64,000 nt of DNA, from NCBI GenBank assembly GCA_950097015.1, contig CATNEN010000002.1, positions 7,812,001 to 7,876,000 on the forward strand. Direction: 5' to 3'. The notes below the pieces were generated by a model that saw only the letters and a list, made by a program, of their open reading frames with translations, did no database searches and had not been told where the DNA came from. Source of the DNA: Macrostomum hystrix (taxonomy: Eukaryota; Animalia; Platyhelminthes). Each line of letters opens with the position of its first letter. The stretch's first letter is position 1. Positions 23,501 through 35,200 of the stretch are shown here, one piece after another. The position numbers and the translations under genes were made by a program.

Positions 23501-26500
23501 AATCTGGATGGGGTAATTCTAGAATCTGGATGGGATAATTCTAGAATCTGGATGGGGTAATTCTAGAATCTGGATGGGATAATTCTAGAATCTGGATGGG
23601 ATAATTCTAGAATCTGGATGGGTAATTCTAGAATCTGGATGGGGTAATTCTAGAATCTGGATGGGATAATTCTAGAATCTGGATGGGTAATTCTAGAATC
23701 TGGATGGGATAATTCTAGAATCTGGATGGGGTAATTCTAGAATCTGGATGGGATAATTCTAGAATCTGGATGGGGTAATTCTAGAATCTGGATGGGTAAT
23801 TCTAGAATCTGGATGGGATAATTCTAGAATCTGGATGGGATAATTCTAGAATCTGGATGGGGTAATTCTAGAATCTGGATGGGATAATTCTAGAATCTGG
23901 ATGGGATAATTCTAGAATCTGGATGGGTAATTCTAGAATCTGGATGGGGTAATTCTAGAATCTGGATGGGATAATTCTAGAATCTGGATGGGTAATTCTA
24001 GAATCTGGATGGGATAATTCTAGAATCTGGATGGGTAATTCTAGAATCTGGATGGGATAATTCTAGAATCTGGATGGGTAATTCTAGAATCTGGATGGGA
24101 TAATTCTAGAATCTGGATGGGTAATTCTAGAATCTGGATGGGGTAATTCTAGAATCTGGATGGGATAATTCTAGAATCTGGATGGGGTAATTCTAGAATC
24201 TGGATGGGATAATTCTAGAATCTGGATGGGATAATTCTAGAATCTGGATGGGTAATTCTAGAATCTGGATGGGGTAATTCTAGAATCTGGATGGGATAAT
24301 TCTAGAATCTGGATGGGTAATTCTAGAATCTGGATGGGATAATTCTAGAATCTGGATGGGTAATTCTAGAATCTGGATGGGATAATTCTAGAATCTGGAT
24401 AGGTAATTCTAGAATCTGGATGGGATAATTCTAGAATCTGGATGGGATAATTCTAGAATCTGGATGGGTAATTCTAGAATCTGGATGGGATAATTATAGA
24501 ATTTGGATGGGATAATTCTAGAATCTGGATGGGATAATTCTAGAATCTGGATGGGATAATTCTAGAATCTGGATGGGATAATTCTAGAATCTGGATGGGA
24601 TAATTCTAGAATCTGGATGGGATAATTCTAGAATCTGGATGGGTAATTCTAGAATCTGGATGGGTAATTCTAGAATCTGGATGGGATAATTCTAGAATCT
24701 GGATGGGTAATTCTAGAATCTGGATGGGATAATTCTAGAATCTGGATGGGATAATTCTAGAATCTGGATGGGATAATTCTAGAATCTGGATGGGGTAATT
24801 CTAGAATCTGGATGGGATAATTCTAGAATCTGGATGGGATAATTCTAGAATCTGGATGGGTAATTCTAGAATCTGGATGGGATAATTCTAGAATCTGGAT
24901 GGGATAATTCTAGAATCTGGATGGGATAATTCTAGAATCTGGATGGGATAATTCTAGAATCTGGATGGGTAATTCTAGAATCGGTAAAGGATAATTTAAG
25001 AATGATAGGGGATATTTTTATCGAGAAGGGCGGACTCACTTGTACATGGGGTTCGGCGCCTCCTGCCGCATGAGGTGGTTCTGCAGCTTGGAGTTGTTAT
25101 AGAACGTTTGGCCACAGGTAGGACAGGCGACCGGCTTCTCCTTGGAGTGGCAGCGGATGTGCTCGGTGAGGTTGCTGACGGAGTGGCACACCTGCTTGCA
25201 GCCGCTCCACAGGCAGGGCATGTCGCGGCTAGCCGGTTCGCACGGCTCCTCATTCTGTTGCCGCGAGCGCTCGTACTCAAACCGATGATTTGAGCAGTGC
25301 AAGTAGAATGCGCACGCGTTGCAGGTGAAAAATTCGCAGGAATCCCATTGGCAGCGCATGGGAGCCGGATCCTGAGTCTGGGGTGGGCGGGTGGGAATGT
25401 GAGCACACCTGACATGATCTGAGTAATCTGAGCATGACACCTGAACATTTAAGCATGACACCTGAACAATCCGAGAATGACACCTGAACAATCTGAGCAT
25501 GGCACCTGAACAATCCAAGAATGACACCTGAACAATCCGAGAATGACACCTGAACAATCCAAGAATGACACCTGAACAATCCGAGAATGACACCCGAACA
25601 ATCCGAGAATGACACCTGAACAATCCAAGAATGACACCTGAACAATCCGAGAATGACACCTGAACAATCCGAGAATGACACCTGAACAATCTGAGCATGG
25701 CACCTGAACAATCCAAGAATGACACCTGAACAATCTGAGCATGGCACCTGAACAATCCAAGAATGACACCTGAACAATCCAAGAATGACACCTGAACAAT
25801 CTGAGCATGGCACCTGAACAATCCGAGAATGACACCTGAACAATCCAAGAATGACACCTGAACAATCTGAGCATGACACCTGAACAATCCAAGAATGACA
25901 CCTGAACAATCTGAGCATGGCACCTGAACAATCCAAGAATGACACCTGAACAATCTGAGCATGACACCTGAACAATCCAAGAATGACACCTGAACAATCT
26001 GAGCATGACACCTGAACAATCCAAGAATGACACCTGAACAATCCGAGAATGACACCTGAACAATCTGAGCATGACCCCTGAAAAATCTGAGCATGACAAC
26101 TGAACATTTGAGCATGACACCTGAACATCTGAGCTTGACACCTGAACATTTGAGCATGACACCCGAACAATCTGAGAATGACACCTGAACAATCTGAGAA
26201 TGACACCTGAACAATCCGAGAATGACACCTGAACAATCCGAGAATGACACCTGAACAATCCGAGAATGACACCTGAACAATCCGAGAATGACACCTGAAC
26301 AATCCGAGAATGACACCTGAACAATCTGAGCATGACCCCTGAAAAATCTGAGCATGACAACTGAACATTTGAGCATGACACCTGAACATCTGAGCATGAC
26401 ACCTGAACATTTGAGCATGACACCCGAACAATCTGAGAATGACACCTGAACAATCTGTCGTGGCCCAAAGGAAGGAACTTAGACTCCTTGGAAGTTGTAG

Positions 26501-27353
26501 GTACTGCACTCTTAGCTCTTTATTTCGTTCGGCTTTTGTGCACCTTTTACTTTCCTTTTAGTGCTTTAGCCGAGGAGTTCTTTCAAATACTAAATACATT
26601 TACTTTGGGCTTTGCCCATAAACAAAATGTCAATGCAACAAATCTTCAGTTGCTCAAAGCCACAACACAATCCGAGAATGACACCTGAATATTCTGGCAG
26701 GGTTATAAAACCGTCATCCCAACATTCAGACAAGTTCAGACACATGGCAGAGCGGTTAACGAGTTTGTCTCTCGCACCAAGGTCCCTGAGCTCGATTCCG
26801 CGGTGAGGCCACATTCATTTGGGGCGCAGCCGCGGAGAGAAGGCTTGGGGGCTTGGCGGGCAATTTACGCTTCATTACGCTTAAGCTTCAGGCGCAAATA
26901 ATCCAATGATATACAATGGGATTTAATAAATCTAAAATCATCTATTTTGGCAGGTAATTCGCCAACACCTGACACTGTCCTTACCACTTCCACCATGCTG
27001 CACAGGGCGGCATTGAGTGAGCATTCCGGCCATCTGCGCGAAGCGATGAGCGTCCGGCCCAGTTCTTTCACGATCACGTGATGCGCGTGCATGGTCACGT
27101 GACAGGCGGCCTGGTCAACCAGGCAGTCAACGTTGGCCAGCTTGGTGTCGCAGTTGTGCCACAGGCAGGACAGCTCAGCTTCCAGTCCTGACTGAGCCAC
27201 AGCCGCCTGAGCAGCCAGGATGGCGTGGCGCTCGCAGTGCTTGCTGAACTCCAGGCGCTGATCCTCCGAGCGCTTGCCTTTGATGCAGCGGACCCGGTAA
27301 TTGCAGTCGGCCCATTCGCACTCCAAGACCTGCTCCCTGCTGTAGCCTTGCAT
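20278..27353 (-). CDS. HINFP: Histone H4 transcription factor, C2H2 zinc-finger (exons 27353-26985, ~25440-25040, 22106-21890, 20913-20278)
   Basis: LECEWADC, SCLWHNC, HAHH..KELG, CLWSGC..EHIRCHSKEKPVACPTCG..F.NNSK..NHL.RQ, DHMRRHVN..KCPHC..P.PSAL.RH...RHSEERPF, FRFEPGPDGVCRL..TRLESIEVT match HINFP/MIZF. The exon 2 acceptor is ambiguous inside a repeat end. Confidence 0.9.
20965..21882. repeat. 36-bp minisatellite (AATCCCAAACTGTGCTCAGATTCATCCCAAGATCCC), HINFP intron 3
   Basis: About 25 units; begins 7 nt from the donor. Confidence 0.97.
22302..24981. repeat. 21-23-bp minisatellite (CTGGATGGGATAATTCTAGAAT), HINFP intron 2
   Basis: About 120 units over 2.7 kb. Confidence 0.98.
25430..26455. 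repeat. 22-bp minisatellite (GACACCTGAACAATCCGAGAAT), HINFP intron 1
   Basis: About 46 units; runs into the exon 2 acceptor. Confidence 0.97.
26741..26870 (+). mobile_element. SINE 5' fragment in HINFP intron 1
   Basis: A box TGGCAGAGCGG, B-box-like GAGCTCGATTCC, then the shared AGGCCACATTCATTTGGGGCGCAGC block. Confidence 0.7.
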
Positions 27354-27434
27354 GGCTTGTCTGGCTTCCAGGTGAGCTGTTTCAGGTGAGCTGCAGATGA
27401 AGCGGCGAATTCATGGCTTGGATGGGGTAAGGGA

Positions 27435-28322
27435 AAGTGTACGGCAGAATAGGGATTTGGTAGTATTGATTGGAGATTTGGTAGTATTGGATGGGGATTT
27501 GGTAGTATTGGATGGGGATTTGGTAGTATTGGATGGGGATTTGGTAGTATTGGATGGGGATTTGGTAGTATTGGATGGGGATTTGGTTGTATTGGATGGG
27601 GATTTGGTAGTATTGGATGGGGATTTTGTAGTATTGGATGGGGATTTGGTTGTATTGGATGGGGATTTAGTTGAATTGATTGGAGATTTGGCTGTATTGG
27701 ATGGGGATTTAGTTGAATTGATTGGAGATTTGGTTGTATTGGATGGGGATTTGGTAGTATTGGATGGGGATTTGGTAGTATTGGATGGGGATTTGGTTGT
27801 ATTGGATGGGGATTTGGTTGTATTGGGTGGGGATTTGGTAGTATTGGATGGGGATTTGGTTGTATTGGATGGGGATTTGGTAGTATTGGATGGGGATTTG
27901 GTAGTATTGGATGGGGATTTGGTAGTATTGGATGGGGATTTGGTTGTATTGGGTGGGGATTTGGTTGTATTGGATGGGGATTTGGTAGTATTGGATGGGG
28001 ATTTGGTTGTATTGGGTGGGGATTTGGTTGTATTGGATGGGGATATGGTAGTATTGGATGGGGACTTGGTAGTATTGGATGGGGATTTGGTAGTATTGGA
28101 TGGGGATTTGGTTGTATTGGGTGGGGATTTGGTAGTATTGGATGGGGATTTGGTAGTATTGGATGGGGATTTGGTAGTATTGGATGGGGATTTGGTAGTA
28201 TTGGATGGGGATTTGGTAGTATTGGATGGGGATTTGGTAGTATTGGATGGGGATTTGGTAGTATTGGATGGGGATTTGGTAGTATTGGATGGGGATTTGG
28301 TAGTATTGGATGGGGATTTGGT
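27435..28322. repeat. 21-bp minisatellite (GGATTTGGTAGTATTGGATGG) between seipin and HINFP
   Basis: About 42 units. Confidence 0.97.
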
Positions 28323-28798
28323 AATAAAATATTGAGATTTCGAAATACTAAATGGGGATTGTATTTCATGAATAAACCTGGTACATCCATGTAGGGATTG
28401 AGAACTAATAGGTAAGAGTGATTCTATTTTTCTGTATTGTCGATTTCCAAGGGATTTTCAGGGAAAGGGAATTGAAAGGAATTGCCAAGTCAAGATAGGA
28501 ATCTATCAAATTAAAAATAAGCAAAGGGAAATAAATTGTAGCAGAAAATCGGCCACAGATGAAGACTTCTCCAAGTATTGCTTGGCTAGACTCAATAGCT
28601 TAGTCATCATATAATTATGGCTGAAAGTACAAAGCGTGCACTAACAAAAATATTTCCTATATGAGATATCTAATCTGAACTGCCTCATGACTGTGCACTG
28701 TAAGCAACGAAGGTGAGACAGAGGAAGAGAAAATGCGAAAACACCAGCAATTAGGAAAGAGCCAAATAAAATTTATTTGGCTTCGTCAATTTCAAAAG

Positions 28799-30625
28799 TT
28801 AACTGCAGTCGGCGCCATCGGCGCCTTCACCGTCGCCGTCGACTAGCCGTCGCCTTAGGTCGCCAGGAGCAGCAGCCTCGTGCCTAGTAGCGTCTAGCAG
28901 AGGCGCCGGCTGGGGCCTCTCGTCGCCGTCGCCGTCAGCCAGCCAGTCGCCGTCGCCGACAGCATCGCCATCGCCCTCGCCGCCGTTGGCCAGCCACCGT
29001 CGCAGCAGAACAGGCGCTGAGGCCAGCAGCAACAGGCAGGCGATGCCGGGGATGCCAAAGCAGGCGGAGAGGAGCGGATGCGAGTACATCAAGTACTTCA
29101 GGCCGGATAGTCGAGCTCGGAACTCAACGCTGGCCCGCTGCACCTGAGAAGCAAATACGATTGTTTGAAAATGACGTCATAACATAACAGCATGGTACTT
29201 GACGATTTAGCAGTAGAACTACTAAGGAGGGGGGAATTTCCAAAGGGGAAGAATTTTACAGCTGGTTGAGCTGAAGCACTTCAGATTGAACTGTCTTGCC
29301 ACAGGGTACAAATTTTCTGCCCTTGAACTAAAATTCGAACCTTTGACCTCTAAATCAGAAGACGGAAGCTCAAGGGCACAAGTTCCCTTGTAGAAGCCCG
29401 TGCACATTTTTGCAGATAATTAAAACTATTTCAAAAAGACGCCGTGACGTCATGAATTAGTGACGTCATTAAACAGAATCACGTCTGACGATAAATGACG
29501 TCACTAAATATTCTGTTTTTGTATCATGACGTGACGACTATAACATCATGACCGTGAGCACACCAACCTGAACCCGTCGGCTCTGCAGCTCAACCAGCAG
29601 TCCGGTGGACATTGCGAACGGATTCTCCACATAATCATCCAGCATTTCAACTTTAAGCCGCCTAGGCTCAGCGTCCCAGCCAATCAGAAGGCCCAGAGCC
29701 GCAGTTGTAAGGTCACTCAGTAGCCGGGCGGTCCAGGGCCGGTGCGGCAGCATGGCCGGCCGGAGGGCGGCTGCGCCGAGAGCGCCACCGTGCGAGTACA
29801 GTTGCAGGCGGATGAGGAACATCCCCGCCAGACGGTTGGGCCGGCTATCTGGCAGATTTAGCTCCACGCTGACTCGGTAGGCCTTAGTGGCAGGAAGAAG
29901 AGGAGACAAGAAAAAACATTATAAATGATGCGCACTACTTGTAGTAGTCTAATGCGCACTACTTGTAGTAGTCTAATGCGCACTACTTGTAGTAGGCAAA
30001 TGCGCACTACTTGTAGTAGTCTAATGCGCACTACTTGAAGTAGTCTAATGCGCCCTACTTGTAGTAGGCAAATGCGCACTACTTGTAGTAGTCTAATGCG
30101 CACTACTTGTAGTAGGCAAATGCGCACTACTTGTAGTAGTCTAATGCGCACTACTTGTAGTTAGCTAACGTGGACGTAAACCTAGATCTCCATTCTTTTA
30201 CAGGGAAATATTTTTTGTTCTCCCACCTGGCCATAGACAAGTCCACCAGATTCATCGCGGCTGGCAGCTAGGGTCACATTGGCAGTGGGGAAGCCGCAGG
30301 CCAGATCCTCAGCAACGCCGGTGGCAACTGCAACAGCTGAGGTGTCCGCGTTGAGTTTGCACACCGAGTCGTAGGTGAAGTACAGCCGGCGACTGATGAC
30401 CTCCTCGCCAATGAGAGTGTAGTACAGGGCCAGGTAGATAACGCTGGCCAATAGGAAAGTCGTACCCAGGAAGCTGCCCACCTTGGCCAGCCAGGTGGCC
30501 ACAGGAAAGGCGGCTCTGGCCACAGCAGCGCAGCGATTGGTCAGGCCAGCTAGCAAATCAGAGAGCAGCCTGCTAAGCCAGAAGCCTTGCACTTCCTGTT
30601 CCTGATCAGCCGCGGCTGGGTCCAT
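28799..30625 (-). CDS. BSCL2: Seipin (exons 30625-30227, 29882-29568, 29143-28799)
   Basis: TM1 then LYFTYDS.C..CGFPTANVTL, GQAYRVSVELNLPDS.PN..AGMFL, LKYLMYSHPLLSAC.G then TM2. All junctions phase 0 GT-AG; AATAAA at 28772-28777 on the minus strand. Confidence 0.93.
29211..29250 (+). mobile_element. Related MITE terminus (remnant) in seipin intron 2
   Basis: TTAG|CAGTAGAACTACTAAGGAGGGGGGAATTTCC is nearly identical to the left end of the 48908 copy; the other end was not found. Confidence 0.45.
29925..30160. repeat. 24-bp minisatellite (AATGCGCACTACTTGTAGTAGTCT), seipin intron 1
   Basis: About 10 units. Confidence 0.95.
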
Positions 30626-30859
30626 TCTTGGAAACGCCAACGAATGCTACAGCCGCAGTAGCGAACTGGCTGGATGAAATAGAAAAACATGAATAGAAAT
30701 GATTAGTAGAGTAAATTTCATGTGAAATATTGTGGCTAAAATCTATGGACAAAACTACTTATCTATAAGGCACGCTACTAAAGGGTTCGGATAACTGACT
30801 ATCTATTTTAGTGTCTATGGTAGCAAGCCCAAATTGCTTATGTTATCAGTCATGAAGTG

Positions 30860-31400
30860 TCTATGGTTAAAGTCCGTAGTGTCTATGGTATCTGTCCGAG
30901 TGTTTATGGTTGCAGTAGCAGTCCCTTAGTGTCTATGGTATCAGTCCGTAGTGTCTATGGTATCTGTCCGAGTGTTTATGGTTGCAGTAGCAGTCCCTTA
31001 GTGTCTATGGTATCAGTCCGTAGTGTCTATAGTAGTAGTCCCGTAGTGTCTATGGTATTAGCCCCGTAGTGTCTATAGTAGTAGTCCCGTAGTGTCTATG
31101 GTATTAGCCCCGTAGTGTCTATAGTAGTAGTCCCGTAGTGTCTATGGTATTAGCCCCGTAGGGTCTATAGTAGTAGTCCCGTAGGGTCTATAGTAGTAGT
31201 CCCGTAGGGTCTATAGTAGTAGTCCCGTAGTGTCTATGGTATTAGCCCCGTAGGGTCTATAGTAGTAGTCCCGTAGGGTCTATAGTAGTAGTCCCGTAGT
31301 GTCTATGGTAGCAGTCCCGTAGTGTCAATGGTAGCAGTCCCGTAGTGTCTATGGTAGCAGTCGCGTAGTGTCTATGGTAGCAGTCCCGTAGTGCCTATCT
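30860..31400. repeat. ~23-bp minisatellite (GTCCCGTAGTGTCTATGGTAGCA variants) between SLC25A22 and seipin
   Basis: Tandem units with higher-order blocks. Confidence 0.9.
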
Positions 31401-32270
31401 TAGCCGTTCCAAAGTTGCTCTAGGAGTAAGTCTGAAATGTTTCTATGGTAGCTGTCTTGATGTGTCTATCTTGATTTGTACTGAAGCAAAGTTAACTATA
31501 CTCTCAACGTTAAGCTAAGCTATATGTAAATGTTAAAATAAAGTGTTTAAAGGTACATTACAGTTAGTAATACAGCTAAATTTTCTAAATGACACGTGTT
31601 AGGCAAGCAAGCAAGACTTGAGTCAGCAAAGGCGAGGCTACACCAGCAGTTGGGACAGTGCTAGAGACGTGTACAATCTGGAGGAGTGGAACAAAATTTG
31701 TTGGATAAAAGATAAACACAGTGGACCTAAGTTAACAGCTCATTGCTAATCTCGCGTGCAGGGAAGATGCGTTTTTGGTACTTTTAGCATTTTACAAATT
31801 ATGTTCATGACTTTATTTCTATACAACAAGCACGCAAAGCAATGTATACTTCGCAAAAACTGCTAACGTCTTTTTCTAGATACTTCTCACTATCACTACT
31901 CAAATTTGCATAGAATCATTAGTTTAAAAAATCAGATGCCATAATTAACCAACGATATAACAAATTGAAAAATGTTTTCACAAAATCTAGATCAGACACC
32001 TTGGTATAAAAGAGCAAAACAATATAACGGGCAGCAATGCTCAACCTGTGTGATTAGGTATTAAATAGGTGAGATCTGTGGAAAAAGATGTATTCAATAG
32101 TAAAAAAATTATTTAAAAACTTTATTTCTTCTGTCCTAATCAGAAACTAAGAATTACGTGGACATACTACTAAAGTAGTTACGACCTTAGTAGTGACATG
32201 CGCATTTAATGTTCTAAAGCATTGATACGCTTGAGGAAAAGTTAAAGCAGCCATTTATCGCAGATAAAGT

Positions 32271-35200
32271 TTACGCAAAAGAGCACTTCTTGAGCATGAA
32301 CTCGGCGATGCCAATGTAATAGACGGCCTGGGCAATGCCGAACAGGGGCGCCACAACCGCCATGCGACAGCCGGCGCCTTTGAAGAATGCCTTCACGCCC
32401 TCATTGGACAGCGTCTTCCTGCGAGAGCCGGCGGTAGGGGGTGTTGACTGTTAACCCTAGAACGTACAGAAGCCACTCCACACTAACCCTCTGCCCCACA
32501 ATGTACACTAACCCTCTGCCCCACAATGTACACTAACCCTCTGCCCCACAATGTACACTAACCCTCTGCCCCACAATGTACACTAACCCTCTGCCCCACA
32601 ATGTACACTAACCCTCTGCCCCACAATGTACACTAACCCTCTGCCCCACAATGTACACTAACCCTCTGCCCCACAATGTACACTAACCCTCTGCCCCACA
32701 ATGTACACTAACCCTCTGCCCCACAATGTACACTAACCCTCTGCCCCACAATGTACACTATCCCTCTGCCCCACAATGTACATTAACCCTCTGCCCGCAC
32801 ATGCCCCTCCACGTACACAAACTCATCTGACTTCACAATGAAAGCGAATTAGCAAGTACTCAAGTACCTGAAGCAGTCGACAATGCCGTTAAACTTGACA
32901 TCGCCTTCCGCGTGGTTTATGATCTGCAGGCGAGTCTTAATTACGTCTAACGGAGTGACACAGAAGGAGGCGGTGGCTCCGGCCACGACGCCAGACAGCA
33001 GGGACACGTAGAACGCGGCCTCCTGTGAATTCGAACTCTTCCTGGGCCCCAGGTGGTTCAGGTGAGCGAACAGCGGGAAGTAGATGACAGAGAAGGTCAC
33101 GTCGCGCAGAAAAGTCGAGCCGAAGCCTTTATAGAGGCCGGTAATTCCGCGCTCCCTGATGAGGCTCAGAGCAACGGAGGTGGCGGAGGCTCTCGGAGTG
33201 CCAGCGGCGGCTGCGGCAGCTCCGGCCACCTGGCCGTGAATCTTCAGCAGTTCCATCGGGGTGGTGACCACGATCTGGCAGGCGCCAGCAAGACCTCCGG
33301 CCAAGCACTCCCGTGGCAGCGTCAGCTTGCCGCTGCGGTGGCGGGCGCAGGTAAAAAACGCTTTCCAATGCCATTAGAACAATTTGAGTCTTAATCTTAA
33401 TTAATTCTCACCTCGCCGTAGTCAGGTGATGCCGAAAGAAATCATTGCCAACCAGTTTGATGGCCTTCTCTGGGGTGATTAGCAGCAGATTCACAGCGCT
33501 GCCTGCAGGTGGAATAAACATATTGTAAGGTGTGCCGTGATTCATTCTCGCATCGCGTCGTAAGTTAGCTTCGTAAATTGTGCAATGCGATGTACACTCT
33601 CTGGGGTACATCGCCAAATATAAAGTAGCCCACTTGAGGCTTTAGTCACCTCGTGTTCTCTCGGTTCTCGCGCAAGTCTCGCCTTCTGACTTAGTTTACA
33701 TTGGTGGCAGCGGTCTCTATCTTAAGTCGGCCCACTCACTAAAGGCGCACGCCAATGCACTTTTGCCACCCAAGTTTTCGGGCTCAGACGATGCCGACAT
33801 CAACATGTGGCTGCAAATGTTTGAGGACTTCGCCACGGATTCCGAGTGGGACGACAAAAAGATGGCATCGAAAATCCGGCTGCTCTTATCTGGCGAGGCG
33901 CTCGTCTTCGTGTGGGACCTGCCGGAGGAGAAGAAGAGCTTCGCGACCATCAAGGACGAGCTGGTCAAGTTCTACCGTGGCAAGGAGAACTCGTTCTGCG
34001 CCATGTCGGAGTTCGAGAGCCGGAAGCGACACCAAGGAGAGTCGCTGAGGGAGCTGTGCCACGCTCTCAAGCTCCTGTACTGGAAGGCACGCCCTGAGCA
34101 CGATCAGACGGTGAGAGACTGCGAAGTGCGACACCGACTGCTGGCTCTGCTGTCGAAGGAGATTCGCGAAGCGTTGCTGAAAGACGCTGACTGCAGCAGC
34201 AGCAGCAGCCCGGAGCAGCTGGCGGACCGCGCCACGGCGCTAGAGAGCATCGGCGGCAGAGGCGCCTCTGCAAGCATCGCGGTAACATCGGAGAGCAGCC
34301 AAGTGGCGGACCGGCTGGAGCAGATGCAGGAGCAGCTGGCGAACCTGGCTGCGACGGTCGCCACCATCAGCAGCCGCGGACAGCGCGGTGCGCGAGGAAG
34401 AGGAGCTCGGGGGAGAGGCAGCGGTCGCGGGAAATGCTTCAACTGCGCTCAGCCCGGCCATTTCGCGGCCCAGTGCCCCAGGCAGGCCGCGCCAGCCGTG
34501 CCGCCCATGTGCAGCCGCTGCTCAGGCAAAGGGCACCGGGCCGAGGTCTGCCCGACCTCGGCTTCGGGAAACTTCTGAGGACTGGTGACCGCGGGCCATC
34601 ACCAGCCCTGCCTAGCAAGGCCCAAACCGCTTCACTCTTCCTGCCCGGCGGCATCGCAGGCCGGCCCTGCAGGTGGCTTTTCTACACGGGCGCGCAGGTG
34701 ACGCTCGTATCAGCTGCCTAGTTTCGAGCTCTGGGAGTCGCAGCTCAGCTTCATCCGCCTCTCAGCACTCCGGTCGGGATCGATGGTCGACGCTTGGAGT
34801 CTCCGGCATGTGCAACGCTGGTCATTCAGCTGGGCGGACTGCCGCCCATGGAGCACCCGGTGACGGTGGTCGCCGACATTCAGCCGGAATGCGTGCTCGG
34901 CATGGACGCCATCAGCAAGATGTGCTCAACCTTCAGCGTGGATCTCATGTCGTCTTCAGTCCTGCTGGGGTCAACCAGGATCCCAGTCCTGCCAGACAGG
35001 AACTCCATGCCAGCCTGCCGGGTGGTGCCCACCGCCGTGGTCGCCAGAGTCGCCAGCAACGTGTCCATCCCAGCCCGCAGCCGCGTCAAATCATCCCAGT
35101 CAAGGTGGCGTCGTCCGTTGAGCAGGGTCTGTTCGAGCCCAGCTCCGACTTCGTCGACAAGACCGGCCTGCTACCGAACCGGGCTCTGGTGGTCTCCAGC

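Noticed and set aside
22302-24981. Regularly spaced repeat arrays as CRISPR-like loci
   Set aside because: Units are directly adjacent with no unique spacers, there are no cas genes, and the context is eukaryotic intron.
32481-32795. CTAACCCT in the 25-bp unit and CCCTAA in the 19312-20233 unit as interstitial telomeric repeats
   Set aside because: Only one hexamer per unit inside longer unrelated units; no (TTAGGG)n run.
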